From Geotalea uraniireducens Rf4 (GTDB lineage Bacteria > Desulfobacterota > Desulfuromonadia > Geobacterales > Geobacteraceae): 32,000 bases of DNA. The position numbers were made by a program, and so were the translations under genes. Location: the NCBI RefSeq assembly GCF_000016745.1, contig NC_009483.1:3930001-3962000 (forward strand). Reading direction: 5' to 3'. The notes beneath the pieces are model-generated. The model was not told where the DNA came from. It saw only the letters and a list, made by a program, of their open reading frames with translations, and searched no databases. Shown piece by piece: positions 24,504 to 32,000 of this stretch (position 1 is its first letter; the number at the start of each line of letters is the position of its first letter).

Positions 24504-24646
24504 GTACCTGAAAGCCGTTAAACACAGGATACCGACGTGGAAGAGAGGAACTTGTGCCTCTTTTTTACACAAACATGATCTACTTTGTGGAATTGTACGC
24601 CGAACTAAAGCTGGACCGGACAGTTACGGTATGATATGAATTGGCC

Positions 24647-25807
24647 ATGCTCAAAAGAATCAACCTTCTGCGCGAATTCTCGATCCCCCTCCTTGCCGGG
24701 GTGCTGACCGCCCTGGTCTGGGCCAATGTTGCGCCGGACAGCTATCACAAGTTCAACCACGACCACTTCCTGGGGCCGCTCAGTTTTCACTTCGTCACCA
24801 ACGACATCTTCATGGCCTTCTTCTTCGCCATCGCCGCGGTCGAGATAACCCAGAGCTGCCTCCCCGGCGGAGACATGAGTCCCCTCAACAAAGCGCTAAA
24901 TCCGCTCCTGGCGACAGCCGGCGGGGTAGTCGGGCCTGTCGGGGTCTATCTGGCGCTGAACAGCCTGGTCGGCTCTTCGGCCTTCACCAACGGCTGGGGT
25001 ATCCCCACCGCCACCGACATCGCCTTCGCCTGGCTGGCGGCGCGCCTCATTTTCGGCAAAAATCATCCGGTCATCGCCTTCCTGCTCCTCCTGGCCATTG
25101 CCGACGATGCCATCGGGCTGGTGATCATCGCCGTCTTTTATCCCGACCCGGTCCTCCCCGTGGCGCCACCCTGGCTCATGCTCACCGCCGCCGGAATGCT
25201 GATCGCCTTTATCCTGCGCAGGAAGCAGGTGAAAAGCTACTGGCCGTACCTCCTCTTCGGCGGCGTCCCAAGCTGGTTCGGACTCTTCAAAGCGCACCTC
25301 CACCCGGCCCTGGCACTGGTCTTCATCATACCGTTCCTGCCTCACCCCACCAGGGAGGTAAAACACATGTTCGAAGAGGACCCGAAGGATTACTCTCCCC
25401 TGGCCCGGTTCGAACACGAATGGAAGATCATCGTCGACTTCGGCCTTTTCATGTTCGGCCTCGCCAATGCGGGGGTCGGATTTTCCGCCATGAATACGGT
25501 CACCTGGCTGGTTTTCTGCGCACTTTTGTTCGGCAAAGTGACCGGCATATTTGTCTTTGCGCTCCTCGGAGAGAAGCTCGGCTTTCCCCTTCCCCAGGGG
25601 ATGGGAAGAAGGCATCTACTGGTTGCCGGCATAATCGCCGGAATCGGTTTCACGGTGGCCCTGTTCGTCGCGGGAGAAGCTTTTACCGACCCAGTCGTGC
25701 AGGGTGCGGCAAAGATGGGGGCGATCTTAAGCATCGCCGTCTTCCCGGTCGCCATGGCGGCAGCTAAGTTGCTGGGCATCAGGAAAAGGGGGCATTCATC
25801 TTCATAA
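24647..25807 (+). CDS. nhaA: Na+/H+ antiporter NhaA
   Basis: Motifs GIPTATDIAFAWL and LLLLAIADDAIGLVIIAVFY (the NhaA Asp-Asp region), with about 12 TM segments. The start is ATG 24647 (a TTG at 24641 is also possible). Confidence 0.9.
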   Translation: MLKRINLLREFSIPLLAGVLTALVWANVAPDSYHKFNHDHFLGPLSFHFVTNDIFMAFFFAIAAVEITQSCLPGGDMSPLNKALNPLLATAGGVVGPVGVYLALNSLVGSSAFTNGWGIPTATDIAFAWLAARLIFGKNHPVIAFLLLLAIADDAIGLVIIAVFYPDPVLPVAPPWLMLTAAGMLIAFILRRKQVKSYWPYLLFGGVPSWFGLFKAHLHPALALVFIIPFLPHPTREVKHMFEEDPKDYSPLARFEHEWKIIVDFGLFMFGLANAGVGFSAMNTVTWLVFCALLFGKVTGIFVFALLGEKLGFPLPQGMGRRHLLVAGIIAGIGFTVALFVAGEAFTDPVVQGAAKMGAILSIAVFPVAMAAAKLLGIRKRGHSSS

Positions 25808-27265
25808 TTTCCGCGACGATGCCCACTCCACTTCCGGCCCCTGGCCGACGGCCCCACCCTGCTCCCCCCCGCGCAGACGGAAGTATTCCTCCGGCGTGTT
25901 GACGTTGCTGAAGGAGGCGAAGGCCGGGTCGAACCGGGCCACCTCCTCCGCGTTCACCTTGTTGACGTTGGTGCGGTCGAAGAATGAGACGATCCGCCTC
26001 TCGCCGGTCAGGAGGGTCGCCTCGATGGCCGCCAGGCACCCCTTGCCGTAGACGGCATGGAGCGGCTCCAGGCCACCCGGGCTTTCCGGTATGAGCACAC
26101 CTCCCCTATCCGCCCGGCCGGCCAGGTGCCTGATCAGATCTGCGTTCAGGTACGGCATGTCGCAGGCAACGGTAAAGATCGCCGGGTTGGCACTGTGGGA
26201 AAGCCCCGAATGGATGCCGGCCAGGGCGCCCATCCCCGGAAAGAGGTCCGGCACCTTGCGGCATGGGAGAAAGGCATATTGCTCCGGGTTGTTGGTGACG
26301 AGGATCACCTCGTCGAAGAGCTCGGCCAACTGGCGGTGGATCGCCTCGATGAAGCGCCCCCCCCGATACGGCAGGAGCGCCTTGTTGCTCCCCATGCGGG
26401 TGGAGGCGCCGCCGGCGAGGATCACGCCGGTGACACCGGGGATCGGGTGCGGGGCCCCTGTAGGGGCGCGGTCTCCGCGCCCTGGGCGGGGGCACCCCGC
26501 CCCTACAGATTGTTCAATAAGCAGCCGTTCTTGATGTGCATAGACCGTGAACTTACCCCCCCGCACGTACCCTATGAGGCAGATCCCCGCATCGTCGCAC
26601 ATCCGCACTGCCAGGTCGGTCGGGGAGGTGCGGGAGGCGATGAGGGAGATGCCGAGCCGGGCCGCCTTTGCCGCCATCTCGGTGGATACCCGGCCGGAGG
26701 TGACGAGCATCTTTCCCGCGAGCTCGATCCCCTTCAGGAGCGCCTCGCCGGCGATCCGGTCGAGGGTGTTGTGCCGGCCGATGTCCTCGGCAAAGAGGAC
26801 GAGGTTTCCAAAGGCGTCGCCTACCGCGGCCGAGTGGATGCCACCGTGGCTTCTGTAGCCCTCTGCCCGCCGAGCCAGCTCCTCCATGAGGCGAAAGACG
26901 GCAGCCGGGGTGAAGCGATCGGTTGTCGCCTGGAGAGGGGGTTCCGGCATATCCAGATTAAAAGTAATTCCGGTGCCGCAGCCGCTGGTGAGCACCGGTT
27001 TCAGCCGCTCGGGGAGCTCCCCCCTGATCCGGACGCTGGCGATGCCGAAATCCTCGCATACCGAGAGGACGTGGAAGTCGGCGACGGACGCCACGAACCC
27101 CTGGAGGCGGAGAAACCCCGCCACCAGGAAGCGCAGCTCGTGCGGGGAGGCAACAAGGGTCGCGAGCTCCCGGCCGTTCACGTGCAGGACCAGCGGGAAC
27201 TCCCGCACCACGGCCCCTTCCTTCGGCTCCAGTCGCCCGTTTGTGTAAGTATGGATCGTTTTCAT
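25802..27265 (-). CDS. fusion protein: FdhD sulfurtransferase (N-terminal) + MobA molybdenum cofactor guanylyltransferase (C-terminal)
   Basis: The N-terminal half has the FdhD motifs SGCGTG, GGIHSAAV, EDIGRHNTLDR and TSGRVSTEM. The C-terminal half starts with the MobA motif GVILAGGASTRMGSNKALL. The start was set at MKTIHTYTNG (ATG 27265); the track start at 27343 lies inside a repeat element. Confidence 0.85.
   Translation of the reverse strand: MKTIHTYTNGRLEPKEGAVVREFPLVLHVNGRELATLVASPHELRFLVAGFLRLQGFVASVADFHVLSVCEDFGIASVRIRGELPERLKPVLTSGCGTGITFNLDMPEPPLQATTDRFTPAAVFRLMEELARRAEGYRSHGGIHSAAVGDAFGNLVLFAEDIGRHNTLDRIAGEALLKGIELAGKMLVTSGRVSTEMAAKAARLGISLIASRTSPTDLAVRMCDDAGICLIGYVRGGKFTVYAHQERLLIEQSVGAGCPRPGRGDRAPTGAPHPIPGVTGVILAGGASTRMGSNKALLPYRGGRFIEAIHRQLAELFDEVILVTNNPEQYAFLPCRKVPDLFPGMGALAGIHSGLSHSANPAIFTVACDMPYLNADLIRHLAGRADRGGVLIPESPGGLEPLHAVYGKGCLAAIEATLLTGERRIVSFFDRTNVNKVNAEEVARFDPAFASFSNVNTPEEYFRLRGGEQGGAVGQGPEVEWASSRKL
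26457..26509. repeat. REP-like double palindrome lying inside the FdhD-MobA linker coding sequence
   Basis: CTGTAGGGGCG (26458-26468) pairs with CGCCCCTACAG (26498-26508). These enclose GGCGCGGtctCCGCGCC and GGGCGGGGgcaCCCCGCCC. The translated frame reads SVGAGCPRPGRGDRAPTGAPHP. Confidence 0.6.
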
Positions 27266-27314
27266 GTCAAAACCTCTACGATTAGTACCGATCTTCAGCA
27301 AGACCCGGAAAACC

Positions 27315-27485
27315 CCGAAAACCTTTGAACCGCTAAGTCGCAACCAAAAGTAGGCGCTTCCAAGCGAGAACGCGAAGAAAACCAGAATCGAAAGGGTTTA
27401 ACCCCTGGAAGGATTAACGCCTTCTTTGCGTCCCTTGCGTCTTGAGCAACCGAAGGGAGCGGGCGGTTCAAAGGTTTTTGTTCGG
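27315..27485. mobile_element. MITE-like element between fdhE and fdhD::mobA
   Basis: The TIRs are CCGAAAACCTTTGAACCGC (27315-27333) and GCGGTTCAAAGGTTTTTGTTCGG (27463-27485). The element is about 170 bp, non-coding, and fills most of the 231-nt spacer. Confidence 0.55.
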
Positions 27486-27496
27486 AGTTAGTTTTC

Positions 27497-28342
27497 TCAT
27501 TTCCCCCGCTCGAACCCTTCCCGCGTTGCCAACAGATCGAGATGCATCGTTGCCAGGTCCTCGGCATCGAGGGGTACGCCGGCGTGCCCCTTGCGTGAGT
27601 CCCGCGTCTTGATGTAGCGGCTGCAGCTGCGGCAGACGTCCACCCGGACCGGCCCGTCCCCCGCCTCGAAGTAGGAGAGCTTCTCCGCCTCCTCGCTGCC
27701 GCAGTAGGGGCACTTGATCCGGGTGAAGGGCCAGCTGAACGAGCAGGACGAACATGAGAGGAAACGCCTCCCGTCCTCCCCGGCCAGCTCCGCCATGCCT
27801 GGCCGGGAGCCGCAGACCGGGCAGAACCCCTCCTTCCACCCCTCCACCAGCGCAGGCTCCACCGATTCGGCAAACTCCTCCAGGGCCGTCCTGAGGGCCG
27901 TCTCCAGGACGAACTCCAGGAGCGGGGGAGAGACACAGCAGACGGCAGACGCCTCCACGATCGCCTCCCGCTCCCGCGCCAGACATCCCCGGAAAAGCCG
28001 GGGAAGGTCGAGCCCTCCCCCGTGGAGCGCCTGCCGGAGAAGAGAAAGCTCACCCTTTCCATCCCTCCCCACCCTCGTCATCACCTCGATGACGCTGTCG
28101 AGAAAGTGGGTGGCTCTGGCAGGGTCCACCGTCATCGCTTCCGGGGCGAGGAGCGGGAATCCGAACCGCATCCGCTCTTCTGCGGTGAGGTGGGAGGTGC
28201 GGGAGAACGATATCCCCGTCTCCCCCTCCCGCCCTGCGACCGTGACATAGAGCTCGCGGAAGAGGGTGAGGAGGTCGGCATACTCCGGTGTCTCTCGGCA
28301 AACGTCGTCGAGAAAGGCCTTTTTCTCAGCAATTTTTGTCAT
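27497..28342 (-). CDS. fdhE: formate dehydrogenase accessory protein FdhE
   Basis: Four CxxC pairs: CPVCGS, CSSCS, CPYCGS and CRSCSRY. ATG 28342 overlaps the fdnI stop (TAATG). Confidence 0.85.
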   Translation of the reverse strand: MTKIAEKKAFLDDVCRETPEYADLLTLFRELYVTVAGREGETGISFSRTSHLTAEERMRFGFPLLAPEAMTVDPARATHFLDSVIEVMTRVGRDGKGELSLLRQALHGGGLDLPRLFRGCLAREREAIVEASAVCCVSPPLLEFVLETALRTALEEFAESVEPALVEGWKEGFCPVCGSRPGMAELAGEDGRRFLSCSSCSFSWPFTRIKCPYCGSEEAEKLSYFEAGDGPVRVDVCRSCSRYIKTRDSRKGHAGVPLDAEDLATMHLDLLATREGFERGK

Positions 28343-28974
28343 TAATGGACCTCTTTTCGGAAATTCATGGATTTGACGTCCTTGTACCACTTCGGATGAT
28401 GCTTCCTTGCCCAGGGCCTGGTCACCCTCCCCCAGAGCATGGCCTCGATGGTGCCGGGATTGCCGATGGTCGCCAGGTAGACGTGGACGATGACGAACAT
28501 GACCGACAGGACGAAAAAGAGGCCGTGGACCAGGAGAGAGAGCTGGACGAGCCAGCGGGGGAAGGAGGCGGGTGCCCAGATGAAGATCCCCGTGACGCCG
28601 AGGAGCAGGGTCGCGGCGCCGATGAAGAGCGCGAAGAGCTTCTGGCCGGGATTGTACTTGCCGATATTGAAGTGGGTCGCCTCCCTGGAGAGGTAGCCGC
28701 CGCGCTGTTCTATCCAGCGCCGGTCGTCCGCGTCGAAAGTGGCGACCTCCTTTCTATGGGAGAGGTACATGTAGAGGGAGCTCAGGAAGAAGACGACCCC
28801 GGCGATCTTGTGGACCGCGATGGCGTTTCGCCCCCCGCCGAACAGGGTGAAATAACCGTTGAAGAGCCGAGAATACAGGCCGAGCCCGGAGAGGAGGAGG
28901 GTGAAGAAGCTCCCGGTCACGATCCAGTGCAGGACCCGCTCCTGTGCGCTGAAGCGCTCGATGTAGTTACTCAT
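28342..28974 (-). CDS. fdnI: formate dehydrogenase gamma subunit (cytochrome b, FdnI-like)
   Basis: 210 aa with 4 TM segments. It has the RFSAQERVLHW N-terminus and conserved haem-ligand His residues. It overlaps the fdnH end. Confidence 0.85.
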   Translation of the reverse strand: MSNYIERFSAQERVLHWIVTGSFFTLLLSGLGLYSRLFNGYFTLFGGGRNAIAVHKIAGVVFFLSSLYMYLSHRKEVATFDADDRRWIEQRGGYLSREATHFNIGKYNPGQKLFALFIGAATLLLGVTGIFIWAPASFPRWLVQLSLLVHGLFFVLSVMFVIVHVYLATIGNPGTIEAMLWGRVTRPWARKHHPKWYKDVKSMNFRKEVH

Positions 28975-29743
28975 GGCTCTCCTCCTTGTTGTTGGTTTCG
29001 TCGTCGAGCTTCTTCGGCCCGATGGTCACGTAGTGGAGCAGCATGGCGCCGACGCTCCCCCAGAAACCGAGGATGCCGAGCGGCTTTATCACGTCCTTCC
29101 AGAGGAAGATGGAGACGGGGATGGAAGGCTTCGCGGGGAGGCCGTACTCCTCCGGCTTCCCCTCCAGCGCATAGACCACGCCGAGCCCCATCAGGTCGCT
29201 CTCCCCGTAGATGCTCTTCTTTGCTGCCTTGGCCCTGGCGACCAGCTCGGCCCGGTTGCCGAACTGGATGGACTGGGTGGGACAGGCCTTGGCGCAGGCG
29301 GGGGGCATGCCGCCGGCCACCCGGTCCCCGCAGAGGTTGCACTTGGAGACCTTGTCGTCTGTCCCGTAGCGTGGGATGTTGAAGGGGCAGGCGGATACAC
29401 AGTACTTGCATGAAATGCACTTCTCCCTGTTGAAGGCTACGATCCCCTCCTTTGTCCGGTAGAGGGCGCCCGGCGACGGGCAAACCTTCATGCAGCCGGC
29501 GTCGCCGCAGTGCATGCAGCGCTCGTTCATGAAGAGCCATTTCACGCTGCCGCTATCCGCCTGCTCCACGAACCTGATCCGGTTGTAGAGGTTGGGGGTC
29601 AGGTCCCGGGGGTTCTCGAAGCTCCCCTGGTTGGCGGTCTTGTCCGCCTCCAGCTTGTTCCACTGCTTGCAGGCCACCTGACAGGAGCGGCAGCCGATGC
29701 AGCGGGTCGTGTCGATCAGAAATCCCTTTCTCGTCTCAGCCAT
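28967..29743 (-). CDS. fdnH: formate dehydrogenase beta subunit (4x[4Fe-4S], FdnH-like) with C-terminal TM anchor
   Basis: CIGCRSCQVACKQWN, CMHCGDAGCMKVCP, CISCKYCVSACP and CNLCGDR clusters. Confidence 0.9.
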   Translation of the reverse strand: MAETRKGFLIDTTRCIGCRSCQVACKQWNKLEADKTANQGSFENPRDLTPNLYNRIRFVEQADSGSVKWLFMNERCMHCGDAGCMKVCPSPGALYRTKEGIVAFNREKCISCKYCVSACPFNIPRYGTDDKVSKCNLCGDRVAGGMPPACAKACPTQSIQFGNRAELVARAKAAKKSIYGESDLMGLGVVYALEGKPEEYGLPAKPSIPVSIFLWKDVIKPLGILGFWGSVGAMLLHYVTIGPKKLDDETNNKEESHE

Positions 29744-29749
29744 CTCCCG

Positions 29750-32000
29750 TCACCCCTTTCTCTTGATCCCGACCATAAACGCCTTGGTTTCGGGAATCAT
29801 GGTATTTGCATCGCCGGCAGTCGGCGTCAGCAGGTTTGCCGCATCCCCCACCCCCGGCGTGAACCAGCCGAAGCACCAGGGAAGTCCGACCTCGTGCACG
29901 GTCCGGCCGCCGATCTGGAACGGCCGCATGCGCGGGGTGACGACGGCGACAGCCTCAATCGCGCCCCTGACCGAGGCCACCTCTACGATATCGCCGTTTC
30001 TGATCCCCTTTTCTTTCGCCAGCTCGACGCTCATCTCGACGAACTGGCGCGGCTGCAACTCCAGCAGCCACGGGGTATTGCGGGTCATGACCCCGGTCTG
30101 CCAGTGCTCGGTCACCCGGTAGGTGGTCCCCACGTAAGGGAAGCGGACGTCGCAGGTGGCATAGGCATCCTCGGCAAGCCCCGCGTTGGCGAAGAGCTTG
30201 ATGGCCGGGTTGACCGTCTGCTTCGACATGAGGTTTTCCGGCACCGGGCATTCGAGGGGCTCGTAATGCTCTGGGAACGGCCCGTCCTTCATGCCGGGGC
30301 CGAACAGGGCGCCCACCCCGTCAGGCCGCATGATGAAAGGCTTTCTCCCCTCCTTGGCATCTGCCATGGGAGGCCAGGGGCCGTCGGGGACATCCCCCTC
30401 CCACTTGCCCACCTTTCCGTCGGGGAGGACGGCCGTCGGGTTCCAGTAGACGACCGCCTTCTTCATGTTGTAGGGCTTGCCGTCCGGGTTGACCGAGGCC
30501 CGGTTGTAGATGATGCGCCGGTTCACCGGCCAGGCCCACGCCCATTCGGGGAAGAGGCCGAGGCCGGTCGGGTCCTTCTTTGCCCGCCGCGCCATGAGGT
30601 TCCCCTTCTCGTTGTAGCTCTGGCAGTAGATCCAGTTGCCGCACGAGGTGGTGCCGTCGGCCTGGAGCTTGGCGAAGCCGTCGATGAGCTCCCCCTTCTT
30701 CCCCAGGGGCTTCTTCTCCCAGGGCTTGGGTATCACCTTAGGTGGCGGTGGATTCTCACCAGGTTTCAGAGGCTTCGGCTTCTCCTCCACCTCCTCCAGG
30801 AAGGAGCCGTTGATCTCCTTCGCCACCGCATGGATGTCGACGCTCCTGATGGTGCCGTCGGCCCGTTTGAAACCGTAGTTCCAGGTGAGGTTGGTGAGTT
30901 GCTCGGGGAGCGCCCCCCCATCTTTGGCATAGAGTCCCTTCAGCCTGAAGAAGAGCTCGTTGATGATCTCCGCGTCCGGCTTCGACTGCCCCAGGGGCTT
31001 CACCGCCGCGTAGCGCCACTGGGCCCAGCGGCCGGAGTTGGAGATGCTCCCCTCCTTCTCGAAGGAGGCGGCCGCAGGGAGGAAGAAGACCTCGGTCGGC
31101 ACCTTGGAGGGCTCCATGCCCGGTCCTTTCCAGAAGGAGGCGGTCTCGTTGTCGAAGAGGTTGACCGTCACCATCCAGTCGAGCTTGGCGAGGGCCTTCC
31201 TCACCTTGTTGGCATTGCTCCCGGAACAGGCCGGGTTCTGCCCCCAGGCGAAGAACCCCTTGAACTTGCCGCGGATCATGTTGTCGAAGATCATGAGCCA
31301 GGAGCCGTTCATCCCCGGGTCGAGCTTGGGGAGCCACTGGTAGCCGAAGTCGTTCTCCTTCGTCGCCTTTGCCCCGTAGATCGCCTTCAGGTAGCTCGCG
31401 ATGTACTTGGGGCGGTTCTGCCACCAGTTGGCGCTCTGGGGGTCCTTCGTCTTCGGGGTGTGCTTCTCGTTGTAGGCGGAGAGGTCCTTGAGGTCGGCCG
31501 AAGGGACCGGGAGATAGCCGGGGAGAATATGGAAGAGGAGCCCGTGGTCCGTGGAGCCCTGGACGTTGGATTCCCCGCGCAGGGCGTTGATGCCGCCACC
31601 CGCCACCCCCATGTTGCCCAGAAGGAGCTGGATGATGGACATGGCGCGGATGTTCTGGGTGCCGACCGTGTGCTGGGTCCACCCCATGGCGTAGAGGGAC
31701 GTCCCCGCCCGGTCCGGCGCGCCGGTGGAGGCGTAGGCCTTGTATACCTCCAGGAGCTTATCCTTGGGGGTGCCGGTGATCTGCGACACCTTGTCGGGGG
31801 TGTAACGTGCGTAGTGCCGCCGCAGGAGCTGGAAGACGCAGTTCGGGTCCTTGAGGGCCGGGTCCCGCAGCACGTTGTCGTCCCCGTCCTTCTGGAATCC
31901 CCACGCCTTCGGGTCGTAGCTCCGCTTCTTCGGGTCGTAGCCGGAGAAGAGGCCGGCAAGCTCCCCCGGCAGCTTGAATTCCGGGTTCACCAGGAAGGAG
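29750..32000 (-). CDS. fdnG: formate dehydrogenase alpha subunit (molybdopterin, FdnG-like), C-terminal ~750 aa; N-terminus lies beyond the right window edge
   Basis: The frame stays open through position 32000. The sequence shows molybdopterin oxidoreductase and dinucleotide-binding domain signatures (MGWTQHTVGTQNIRA, NALRGESNVQGSTD, RVTEHWQTG). The Sec/Cys codon and Tat signal would be outside the window. Confidence 0.9.
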   Translation of the reverse strand, partial: SFLVNPEFKLPGELAGLFSGYDPKKRSYDPKAWGFQKDGDDNVLRDPALKDPNCVFQLLRRHYARYTPDKVSQITGTPKDKLLEVYKAYASTGAPDRAGTSLYAMGWTQHTVGTQNIRAMSIIQLLLGNMGVAGGGINALRGESNVQGSTDHGLLFHILPGYLPVPSADLKDLSAYNEKHTPKTKDPQSANWWQNRPKYIASYLKAIYGAKATKENDFGYQWLPKLDPGMNGSWLMIFDNMIRGKFKGFFAWGQNPACSGSNANKVRKALAKLDWMVTVNLFDNETASFWKGPGMEPSKVPTEVFFLPAAASFEKEGSISNSGRWAQWRYAAVKPLGQSKPDAEIINELFFRLKGLYAKDGGALPEQLTNLTWNYGFKRADGTIRSVDIHAVAKEINGSFLEEVEEKPKPLKPGENPPPPKVIPKPWEKKPLGKKGELIDGFAKLQADGTTSCGNWIYCQSYNEKGNLMARRAKKDPTGLGLFPEWAWAWPVNRRIIYNRASVNPDGKPYNMKKAVVYWNPTAVLPDGKVGKWEGDVPDGPWPPMADAKEGRKPFIMRPDGVGALFGPGMKDGPFPEHYEPLECPVPENLMSKQTVNPAIKLFANAGLAEDAYATCDVRFPYVGTTYRVTEHWQTGVMTRNTPWLLELQPRQFVEMSVELAKEKGIRNGDIVEVASVRGAIEAVAVVTPRMRPFQIGGRTVHEVGLPWCFGWFTPGVGDAANLLTPTAGDANTMIPETKAFMVGIKRKG

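Noticed and set aside
24322-24525. N-terminal extensions offered by the ORF track for nifV (to 24525), fdhD::mobA (to 27343), the lipoprotein (to 12289), P460 (to 4223), TetR (to 7158) and fdhE (to 28390)
   Set aside because: Each extension lacks an RBS and runs through leader structures or repeats or an upstream gene. Internal starts with good Shine-Dalgarno sequences give N-termini typical of the families.
24544-24566. Small + strand hairpin with T-tract (AGAGGaacttgtgCCTCTTTTTT) upstream of nhaA
   Set aside because: It has only a 5-bp stem and there is no + strand gene upstream to terminate. It could be incidental or part of the nhaA leader; the evidence is insufficient.
27295-28062. Alternative-frame minus-strand ORFs within fdhE (255 aa, 172 aa), and similar ones within fdnG (30756..31682, 31387..31959) and the adaptor gene (15909..16499)
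   Set aside because: They are extremely Arg/Pro/Gly/Ser-rich out-of-frame translations of GC-rich genes. The annotated frames carry the conserved motifs.
29750-32000. Selenocysteine (TGA) recoding and SECIS element in fdnG
   Set aside because: The expected Sec/Cys position lies about 800 residues from the C-terminus, outside this window, so it cannot be assessed.

Overview
The window is GC-rich (by eye roughly high-50s % GC) and almost entirely coded on the minus strand. Gene content and the frequent sigma-54 promoters suggest a Geobacter/Desulfuromonadales-like deltaproteobacterium; this taxon call is inference only. No rRNA, tRNA or CRISPR array was seen.

Gene content, left to right:
- A partial small gene, followed by a decayed methyltransferase-like region.
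- Housekeeping and accessory genes: TfoX-like, DUF547, TVP38/DedA-like membrane protein, cytochrome P460-like, SRPBCC, PP2C phosphatase.
- A TetR + AhpD-like pair, then a class-I aminotransferase and an inositol monophosphatase.
- A ~1.6 kb AT-rich islet (about 9.70-11.30 kb) holding a three-gene operon.
- A heavy-metal RND efflux operon: small Cys/His-rich secreted protein, OMF, MFP, CzcA/CusA-type pump, lipoprotein.
- A nitrogen cluster: nifV, porin-like gene, glnK, amtB and a sensor-less histidine kinase.
- nhaA, the only plus-strand gene.
- A formate dehydrogenase locus: fdnG (partial), fdnH, fdnI, fdhE and an fdhD::mobA fusion.

Best candidate for an undescribed system: the AT-rich islet. 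It encodes an MqsR-like toxin and an MqsA-like antitoxin whose zinc ribbon has exactly the MqsA Cys spacing but which carries an extra C-terminal domain. A third, ATGA-coupled 142-aa beta-rich protein of unknown function follows. All three sit behind a consensus sigma-70 promoter.

Other notable signals:
- A sigma-54 promoter, ANTAR-type dual hexaloop hairpins and an intrinsic terminator upstream of the porin-glnK-amtB operon.
- Further sigma-54 promoters in front of nifV and the histidine kinase.
- At least four unrelated MITE-like elements bounded by terminal inverted repeats, sitting at operon junctions; one is nested inside another.
- A REP-like double palindrome that is translated as the linker of the FdhD-MobA fusion.
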